From Octopus bimaculoides (lineage: Eukaryota): a DNA stretch of 52,345 nucleotides. A model generated the notes under the pieces. That model had not been told where the DNA came from. It saw only the letters and a list, made by a program, of their open reading frames with translations, and made no database searches. The stretch spans positions 17,159,204 through 17,211,548 of the forward strand of contig NC_068985.1 in NCBI RefSeq assembly GCF_001194135.2, written 5' to 3'. A program made the position numbers and the translations under genes. Below, one piece after another: positions 35,501 to 46,751 of this stretch; positions within the stretch are counted from its first letter, which is position 1, and every line of letters starts with the position of its first letter.

Positions 35501-38500
35501 AGGCTCCAGAACTTTATCGGAAAGAACAGTATACTCATACAGCTGACTACTGGTCATTAGGGACTGTTATATTCGAGATTATTACTGGTTACCAACCCTT
35601 CCTTCCTACTTACTCACCTGTTAAATGGTCAGTATTATTACGACAATAAAGTAATATGTATATTTGTTTTTTTTCTTTTTTAATCTTTTTTTTTTCAGTT
35701 AAGAGGGAAGGGCAGTGCCCATGACCTTTTACGGGGCTTCAAAGATTTGTGGGAGACAGGTAGAAAGAAACCTAGGACTGGCCCACATTCTTGCAACAGA
35801 ATGGACTCTACTAAAGCATGCAAGGGCCAGGTGGTGCTGCTAACCCCACACTCCTCATTGTTTTAGCATTTACATACATGTGTGTGTTTGTGTATCTTTA
35901 TTTTGACATTGTGTGACAGTCATGAGGGTCGTTGTTATACAAATAGTGTCATTGATTTCCAATATTCTCCAAAAACATTCCTAATCATTGGAAAATATTA
36001 CTTCCATTGATGACAGGAATAGCATCTAGTCATAGAAAATCTGCCTCAGTAAACCCTGTTCAAGCATGGAGAAGTTGATGCTAAAATTATGAAGATATAT
36101 ATATATATATATATATATATCATCATCATAATCATCATCGTTTGATTATGCTAGCATGGGTTGGACAATTTGACTGTGGACTGGCAAGCCAGAAGGCTGC
36201 ACCAGGCTCCAGTCTGATCTGGCAGAGTTTCTACAGCTGGATGCCCTTCCTAATGCCAACCACTCCGAGAGTGTAGTGGGTGCTTTTACGTGCCACTGGC
36301 ACAAGGGCCAGTCACATGGTACTGGCAACGGCCTCGCTCAAAAGATGTTTTTTACGTGCCACCTGCACAGGAACCAGTCCAGCGGCACAGGCAATGACCA
36401 CTCAAATAATTTTCTAATGTGCCACCAGCACATATATATATATATATTATATACACACACAATGGACTTCTTTTTAGTTTAGTTTCTGTCGACCAAATTC
36501 ACTCACAAGGCTTTGGTTATCCCATGATGATAATTGCCCAAACTGCTTTGCCATGGAATTGAACCCAAAACCTCATAGTCGGGAAGCAAGTTTCTTAACC
36601 ACACAGTTACACCTGCATTAGGAAAGCTGGGAATGCCTTTCTTACAGCTATTTTAATGTTGAACAACACCTACAACAACCTATACATGTTATGGGACATA
36701 CTCATACACTTTGAACACAGGAATAACTTTTTTTTTCAAACTGTCTAAAAACTCCAGGGTTTTGAATTCATTTCTTTAATTCACTAACAACTGGCTGACT
36801 TCTACAGTTGTTAAGTTGATTGAAAGTAAACACTGATTCTCTCTTACATATATTTTATTGTAAATATAAAAGCTCCTCTACTTGCCCAAGGTGCCATGTA
36901 GTGGGACTGAACCCAGAACCATGTGGCTGGAAAGCAAACTTCTTATCACACAGCCACACACTACTTTCCAATACATACTGTCACTTGTTTCTTTGAGTCT
37001 TACTCATCATCATTGTCATTTAATGCCCGCTTTCCATGCTGGCATGGGTTGGATGATTTGACTGAGGGCTGGCAAGCCAGAAGACTGCACCAGGAGGCTG
37101 CACCAGGCTCCAATCTGATCTGGCAAAGTTTCTGCAGCTGGATACCCTTCCTAACACCAACCACTCCGAGAGTGTAGTAGGTATTTTTGACATGCGACTG
37201 GCATGAGGGCCAGTCAGGCAGTACTGGCATTGACCGCACTTGAATGGTGCTTTTTATGTGCCACTGGCACGGGAGCCATCAAGCTGCTCTGGCAACGACC
37301 ATGCTTCACTGGTGCTTTTTACGTCCCACTGGCACAGGATCAGTCAGCCAGCACTGGCAACGACCATGCTAGAATGGCGTTTTTGACATACCACCGGCAC
37401 GGGAGCCAATCAGGCGGCACTGGAAACAACCATGCTCACATGGTGCTTTTTATGTGCCACTGACATGGGTGCCATATAACTGAATATGGTTGTGCTTTTA
37501 AAGAAACAATTTAATTTATTTCAATATTTTATAGGTATGAAGAAGTTAATAAGAAAAAAGATGATCACATATCTGTACAATGTATGCCTGATAGAAGCAT
37601 TCATTTCTCATCAGAACTTCCTAAATGTATTAAGCTTTGCAGGTAAGTTTGAAAATAATTTGTTACTTGGTATTATTTGTTACTTTGATAATCCATTCAG
37701 GTAATGAATTGGCAAAATCCTTAGTACTTTGGACAAAATGTTTCTAGTATTTAGTTACAGCAGTTAATGTCCTGAGTTCTAATTACATCATGATCAGTTT
37801 TACCTTTTATCCTTCTGGGTTTAGTAAAATAATATAGTTTCAAGCGAGGAAGCATTTTGATATTTCTCTCTGTAAGGCATCTGTGATAATGACTAGAATT
37901 ATGAAAGAAGATCAGAACCAATTGACAAATAAAAAATAAAGAAGTGAAGCACAACTAAATATGTTTTAACACATGATTTCCTATCAGGAATCTTGCATAC
38001 TAAATGCAAAAATGAGATAAATACAGAATTCCTCTGAATTTGGTAGTAATTGTTGTGTTGTATTATTGTTTTTTTTAAATACTATTTTACCTCAATTATA
38101 ACTGTTGTCAAATCACTAAATTTGCTGTCTCTCACCATGTTTTATTTTATTGCAATCATGACAGTCTCCACCCACCCCATTATCATCATCATCGTCATTT
38201 AACGTCTGTTGTCCATGCTGGGGCATGGGTTGAATGGTTTGACTGGGCTGGCACACTGGAAGGCTACACCAGGTTCCAGTCTGATTTGGCATGGTTTTCT
38301 ACAGCTGGAAGCCCTTCCTACTGCCAACCACTCCAAGAGTGTAATGAGTGCTTTTACATGCCTCCGGCATGGGTGCCATTTGCGTATCTGCCACGACTGC
38401 AATTTTGCTCAGCTTGATGGATCTCCTTCTCAAGCACAATATAATGCTAAAGGTTTTGGTCATTGCCTCTGTGAGGCCCAACACTTGAAAGGAACTCGGC

Positions 38501-38880
38501 CACTTTGGCTCCACGAGGCCCAACACTGGAAAGGAACTCAGCCACTATGCCTCCATGAGGTTGTATTCATTTTTATCATCCAGTGTTAAGGCTGCTTCTG
38601 CTGGTGCCACATTAAAAGCACTCATGCTGGTGCCATGTAGAAGCGCTCATGAGGTGCCACATTAAAAGCACCCAACTCGCACTGTAAAGTGGTTGGCATT
38701 AGGAAGGGCATTCATTCATAGAAATCAAGCCAAATCAGACTGGAATCTGGTGCAGCTCTCCAGTTTGTCAGCTCCAGTCAAACCATCCAAATTATGCCAG
38801 CATGGAAAATGGACATTAAAGGATGAGGATAATGGTGATTCATTTGATATCATACATGTGTGGATGTATATGTGCACGTG

Positions 38881-38914
<34 letters not shown>

Positions 38915-39165
38915 GCTCTTTGATGCAAACAGAAGTAAGAGTTCCTTGAAATTTTATATGTCTGTCTTTATTCTTGCAACCATGTTGGGGCATCACCTTA
39001 AGGGTTTAGACAAACAAATCAATCTCGGTACCTTTTTTTTTTTTTTTCTTTTAACCCTGATACTTAAAATCTGTCTATCAGCCTCTTTTGCCAAACCACT
39101 AACTTATGGGAACATAACCTAACACTGGTTGTCAGGTGGAGGATAGGGTGGGGACAAATACAAAT

Positions 39166-39211
<46 letters not shown>

Positions 39212-41853
39212 GTGATAGGCTTCTTCATAGCTTCTATCAAACTCTCTCAAAAGGCATTGATCAGCCCAGGGCTATTGTAGAAGACATTGGCTATAGTGCC
39301 ATGCAGTGGGACTCAATCCAAAGCTGCATGGTTGCAAAGCAAGCTTCTTAACCCCACAGCCACACCCGCACTGCAGCCTAATTGGTATGTACATTATTTA
39401 CATTATTTACATTGGATGGCTATGTGTCCTCATCTTGTTTGTTGTTACCACAACGTCTCAGCTGATTTTACTCTCCAACCTTCATCAGGTGTCCTGGTAG
39501 AATTTTGAAGCCAACAAACAAAATGAGGACACATATCCGTCCAATGTGAATAATGTAAATAATGTTCAGAATTTCTCATCTTTAAATTACAGAACACTAC
39601 TTACTATGCTTTTGCAACACCCACCTCCACTACTGATTAAGTCACCTGGGTACGTCTAGTGAGTTGTCTCAACATTTGAAATAATCTACCTCATGGGGTC
39701 TCTTACTCTGACTATTTCTGTGCATCAACTGCTTATGTAGTCCTCTGTCAGCCTGCATGTTACTCTCCTGCATCTTTTTCCGAGTCATAGTTTACATTAT
39801 GGCAACAAATGTTCTTCTCTCAATCTCTTCCTTTCTATTTAACCATTTAGCATTTAAACCAAACCATATCTGGCCAAAATATTCTACCTGTTTTATTATC
39901 AAATAGGGCAGATATGGTTTCGTATGTGTATTTCGTGTGCAAGATTCTTGATGTGGATACGTGTGTTGAAAGAAATACAATTAAACCTTGGGAGAGGCAT
40001 TATGCTGGTAATAAACGCACGCACTAGTTCAGTCCTTTATTAATTTATAAGCAGTATTTAGTTTTTTGTTAAATCATTTCATTGCACTCTTGCAATCTCT
40101 TCAGTAACAAAAAACTAATTACTGTTTATAAATTAATAAAGGACTGAACCAGTGCATGTGTTTATTACCGGCATAATGCCTCTCCCAAGGTTTAATTGTA
40201 GATATGGTTTGTTTTTCATACTTACTCTACAATATCATTCTAATAATATAATAATCACTTGATTGAAATCTCGATGCTTTGAGATAATGCATAATTAATT
40301 CAAAACAATGTGAATGAATAAGTGTTACATTTGAGAGAGTAATCTAAATGCTAAAGGGTTAAATATAATACTGATCAAACATCTCCATTTTCATTATCAG
40401 AAGTATTTTATGTCTTCTTGTGAATAGTTTTATACTATTAATTCTTTTTATATGAAATTGATGAGATCAAACTTATTTCTATTATTCTACAGCCCCCTAA
40501 AACAAAGCTTTGAAAAATGGTTAAAGACAATGCTTTTGTGGGATGCTGATGCTCGTGGCAATGACAGTAAAGAGAAATCTAGTAAACAGTGGTGTTTCCA
40601 GCAATTAGAGAAAATACTAGAATCTCAGGTATTCAGTTATGTGTGCTATAGTTTGTTAAGCACTTTTTTCTCTGTAATTTTTTGCGAATTGATCTATAAC
40701 CAGTACAGAACTAAAGGACTAAATTATTCATCTTTTATATGTTTTAGTCATTGGACTGTTACCATGCTAGGGCACTGCTTTGATGGGTCAAAGAAATCAA
40801 CCTTAATACCTTTTTTTTTTTTTTTCAAGTCTTGTAATTTTTCTAGTTGTCTCTTTAACCAAACCACTTAGTAATGGGAACATAAACAAACCAGTACTTG
40901 TTGTCAAGCAGTAAGGAGAGACAAAGATACACACACACACACACACACACATATATATTGTCGCCATTTTATATTTTCAATTTCACGCATGCGCATTGTT
41001 TGTTTTTGATTTTGTCAACTATACAGTATAGTAGGGTCAGTTGGGCACCGTTTGTGAGAAAAACAGCACCATGATGCAATTCACTCTGCCAGAAATTTGG
41101 AAACGCTATGCTGTACTGTTTGACATTTGCTCCAGAAGCTCCAATACGGACATTTCAGAGTGTTTGGGTGTCAATCTAAGGATATGTACTGAGAGTGATA
41201 AAAATCAAACATCCAGTCAATATCATGGTGTTTGGAGTGATCACTAGCAATGGCAGCGTTATGCCTTCATTCATCTACCTACACAGCCTCAAACTCAACA
41301 CATAGGCCTACATCAAGTGCCTGGAGGAAGTAGTGCTGCCCTGGATCAAGAGGGTGGCTGCTGGAAGACCCTATGTCTGGCAACAGGACTCTGCACCATG
41401 TCACACAAGAACACAGTCATGGCTGTCAGACAATTTCTATGACCACATCACCCCTAACATCTAGCCACCTAACTCTCCAGACTGCAACTCTGTTGATTAT
41501 TGTGTGTAGGGCGTAGTTGAGCGAGAAACCAACAAAACCCCTTGTAATACCAAAGATGAACTGAAGGCAAGGATTATGGCAGCATTCACAAAATTAAACA
41601 AGGAAACCATCCAGAAGAGTTGCAGGAGATTCCAAAGTAGTCTGCAGGCCATGGCTGAAGCCAATGGCAATTTTTATTGAATAAATTTACTCTTTAGTAT
41701 TTCAAGATGCTTTTATGGGATTTTGGTAAATATATCTGTTAAAATGAGATGTCAGTGTTATTTTCATTTTTGCTAATAACAAAATGATACTAGTTATCAT
41801 ATGGAAAATGGACATTAAATGGTGATGATGTTGTTGGTGGTGGCAGCATGTAT

Positions 41854-41886
<33 letters not shown>

Positions 41887-42114
41887 CATCATCATCATCA
41901 TCATCATCGTTTAACAGCCGCTTTCCATGTTGGCATGGGTTGGATGATTTGACTGAGGACTGGCGAACCAGATGGCTGCACCAGGCTCCAATCTGATCTG
42001 GCAGAGTTTCTACACCAGCCACTCTGAGAGTGTAGTGGGTGCTTTTCGTGCCACCGGCACAAGGGCCAGTCAGGCAGTACTGGCAATGGCCACGCTCAAA
42101 TGATGTTTTTTACG

Positions 42115-42151
<37 letters not shown>

Positions 42152-45100
42152 ACACACACACACACACACACACACTTTGTCAAGAAGTTTGCTTCTCAGT
42201 CATATAATCCCACATTCGATCCCAGTGTTTTCTGCTATAGCCATGTGAGTAAAATTTGGTTGCTGGAAACTCCACAGGTCATTGTGTGCCTGCCTCTCTC
42301 TCTCTCTTTCATGTGTGTGTGTTTGACTATACTGGTATAAACACCATAAATATATTTATACCTGTAAAAAGTCAGCCATTCATTAAACAGAGTCCAATAA
42401 AAATGTGCCAAACCAATCTCTGAGGTTGATATAAATAACTAACTAAAATACTTGAAGGTGGACCTAGCATGGGTATGATCCACTCACTGGAATTAGTAAA
42501 ATGATAAAAGAAAATCTTGGCTATTGGTTGGTTCTTTTTTTTTTTTTTTTTTTTAATTATAACAAAAATTCATTCATTCATAATTGTTTCCCAAATGTAA
42601 TTTTGAGGAGAAACATAAAATATTTTGTGATAACAATGTTAACATTAAATGTGCTTCATTATCTTCAGACAGTCTTCATTTAAATATTCTATATTTTCCA
42701 GATACTACGCATCTACCATGTCACAAAAAACAATTTACTGTGTTATATGTTGGAACCAGATCAAAGAATTGATGCCATACAGAATATAATATCTATGGAA
42801 GCTGATGTCCCTTCGAATGAACAAATCATTATCAAAGGAGATGGTCAAATTATTGATCGGCGGCAATTTGCTAAAGATTTCCTCTCAGATAATGTAATTC
42901 ATTGATGTCATTTATTTTTGTTTCATTTTTTATTGTAGTAATTAGTGTGTGGCTGGAGGATAAAGAAGCTTGCTTCCTAGCCCAGTAGTCCTACCAATGC
43001 TATCCAAGGGAAAGGCAAAGGCTGATGCAGCTTGGCACCAATAACATTGCAACTCACATCTACACCTGAGTGAACTGGAGCAACATGAAACAAAGTGTCT
43101 TGCACAAGAACACAACACACAGCCCAGTCCAGAAATCAAACTCACTACTTCATGATTATGAGCTCAACACTCTAACCACTGAGCCATGTGCCTTCACCGC
43201 AGCATGGTAGCATTCCACATATTGAAACCAGTAAAGAAATACATCTAGTTGCTAACATCCTTGAAATCAAATGAGTTGCAATTAAATTAGAAAACAATAT
43301 ATTGAATGAATTCAATTTCATCAATGGTTGTAGATGATAGAATCGGTAGAGCATTAAACAAAATTTTTTCTTCCTGTGAAATTAGCATGATATTCTAAAC
43401 TCAATGAACATTAATTCGTTCGTTCGTTTAACGTCCTCTTTCCATGCTAGCATGGGTTGGATGATTTGACTGAGGACTGGTGAACCAGATGGCTACACCA
43501 GGCTCCAATCTGATCTGGCAGAGTTTCTACAGCTGGATGCCCTTCCTAACGCCAACCACTCCGAGAGTGTAGTGGGTGCTTTTTACTTGCCCCACCGGCA
43601 CGAGGGCCAGTCTGGCGGTACTGGCAACAGCCATGCTCAAATGGTGTTTTTTATGTGCCACCTGCACAGGAGCCAGTCCAGTGGCACTGGCAATGACCTT
43701 GCTTGAATGTTGTTTTCATGTGCCAGTAAAATTATAAAATAATAATTAGAATAAACCATTGTACTCCCTGATGTAATCTGTGATCCAAGCCACTCTCAAC
43801 TTTATTTGTTACAATTTTAAAGAAGTAAAACTAATGTTTGGAACCATTTTCTGTTAAGGTTTATTTTTTTACTTGGTTTTGTTGTTTTTAAAAATTAATT
43901 AAATGGGTTTTTTTTTTTTTTCTTTATTTCATTTAGGATGAAGTATCACTTTTTCTTCTTGATAAGAGAAATCTAAATGGAAAACCAGATTACAATACCC
44001 ATACGAAATATCCAGAACAATTGCAAGTCATTCTGGGAAATGCCAATAATAAATTGAACAATTATGTAAGTTTTTTTCAGTTGGTTTGATGAGGCTATGG
44101 TCCATTGTTGGGATTTAAGTAACAACAACAAAAAAAATTATTTAAATTTTTAACCCCTACTCCACATCAAGTGAGTCTCTGTGTATGTATAAAAGAAAAA
44201 AACATGTTTACTAACAAGTACAAAAAATGTTATTTAAATCTAAACCCCACTCTGCATCAAGCAAATCCATGTGTGTGTGTGTGTAAGAAAAAGCATTTAC
44301 TAAAGAAAAGTATGTTATTAAAATAAATTATCTTTTACATACTTATTTAAATCACTCCATCACCCTAATGAAATTCCCTACACAAATGCATACACACTCA
44401 CACTGACAAACACAAGCATACACTCAGCTTGAGCAATATACTTTTATAGAGAATGAGAAAGTTTATCATGAAAAAATGAAAGAGATAAACAAATAGAAGG
44501 CGAGAAAGATCTTTTCTGTTGTCACAATTTTTGAAATTTTCAAATTTAGGGAAAATTTTTGAATTTGGTGTATTGATGTACTTTTTCATGCTAAATCTGA
44601 GTTTGTGATTCATTTATTCCAGAAAAGTTTTAGAAAAATGTTACAGAGGATTAAATTTTGAACGTTTTCACCAAATCAGAAAACAGGATTTGGAAGCTAA
44701 GCATTTCGTGCATGATAGGCTGTGTATCATAAAATGAAAGTAAACATTAGAAGATGAGACTTTTCACAAAATGAAAGCTATGCTTGAGGGTTAATACATA
44801 TACAGAGAGAATGAGTGTCAAAGTGTATTGTAAATAGAGAGATGGATTGATGGTGTTAGATAGAGAGTGGGAGATTTGTCGATCTAAAAGTCACTTCTTG
44901 TCATCATCATCATCATCATCATCATCATTTAACATCCGCTTTCCATGCTAGCATGGGTTGGATGATTTGACTGGGGACTGGTGAACCAGATAGCTACACC
45001 AGACTCCAATCTGATCTGGCAGAATTTCTACAGCTGGATGCCCTTCCTAACACCAACCACTCCGAGAGTGTAGTTGGTGCTTTTTATGTGCCACCGGCAT

Positions 45101-46719
45101 GAGGGCCAGTCCGGCAGTACTGGCAACGGCCACGCTCAAATGGTGTTTTTTACGTGCCACCTGCACAGGAGTCAGTAAATTATATTCTTTTATTATTACA
45201 TACAGGCAACATTGTCTTTGGGATGCAGATTTTGAAAATCAAATTCGTTTATCTGGAGGATGCACCATTTAAGAGCCTTTTTGGGCTAAACACACATACA
45301 TGACCACATACATTCACATTTATCATCATCATCATCATCATCATTTAATATCCATGTTCATCCAAAGCAATGATTAGCAACATTACGAAACCTATATGCT
45401 TTTGAATCTCTTTAACAATTCACAATAATGACTTTTATTACTTTTATTCCTACCTCAGTTCATCTAATTGTATATATCTATTGTTACTTTATATATATAT
45501 ATATAAATGTATATACACACACGCACACACTTTATTCTTGAATTTGTTGTTCCATGTTGCAGGAACCAAAGAGACTATTTGCTGAAACATTATATTTCTG
45601 TAAGAATTTAGAAGAAAAATCTCGGCGCCTTATACAGAGTGTAGCAGCTTGCAGGTTTGTATTATGAAAAATGTTTTCATCATCATCTTCATCATTTTAT
45701 AGTATTCTTGTATTTGCATATGTAAACATACTATTTAATGTTTGTGCAATAGAAATAGTTCATCATCATCTTCATTATTTAACATCCACATTTCTATGAT
45801 TTCATGAGTCTGATGGAATTTGTTGAGACAGATTTTCTATGGCCAGATTCCCTTCCTGTTACCAGCCCTCAACTGTTTTCAAGCAAGGTAATGTTTTCCC
45901 ATGGCCAGACATATTCTCCATAGAAAAATGGAAATGAAAAACCTTACAATCATCATGTGATGTTTAGACAAAGGTACATGTGCATACACTCTCACACACA
46001 CACTTATGTATGATGAGCTTCTTTCAGTTTCCATCTATCAAATCCACTTACTAGGCTTTAATTGAATTGGAGCTACAGTAGATGACACTTACCCAAGATA
46101 CCATGTGAGTTTCTCAACCACATAGCTACACCTGTACCTATTTTATAAAATTATATATTGTGTACACATAATCATTGAGGTCTTCTTTTTCTCGTCGGTG
46201 GTACCTGACTGGTCTCGTGCCGGTGGCACATAAAATGCACCATTCGAGCGTGGTCATTGCCAGTGCCACTTGACTGGCTCCCTTGCCAGTGACATTTAAA
46301 AAGCACCATTTGAGCATAGTCATTGCCAGTCATGCCTGACTGGCTCCGTTTGATAAGAGTAGTCCAACCCACTCAAAAGGTCCCTGAATAAGGGTTGTTT
46401 AAGGATGTTGAATGAAACACATGTTTCCAGATTTGAATTATTCAAACCCCAAAGAATTCCTTTCAACACATGGCTATGATGCTCCCCCACTACTTCTGCT
46501 TGTGATCAGAGATGCACATATCGTCAGCCACCAAGGGACATGCTCAACTGGTTAAGGTCAAACAACTGACAAGCAAATCTGTGGTATTGAGCAGAATATT
46601 TGCTATAGCCCATTTTTTATACCAAGACAAAACAATGTACATGATAACACTTCCAATTTGTTAAGATCAGAAGCTATGAGAGCCACTGCTTGGTACTGCA
46701 TCAGGGCATTTATTATTAT

Positions 46720-46751
<32 letters not shown>

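Noticed and set aside
40629-40636. U12-type intron suggested by GTATTC donor
   Set aside because: Does not match GTATCCTT; no U12 branch motif seen at the downstream acceptor
44110-44790. piggyBac-like TTAA-CCC...GGG-TTAA element
   Set aside because: Termini share only a few bases and the left region is a local ~100-bp duplication; not enough support
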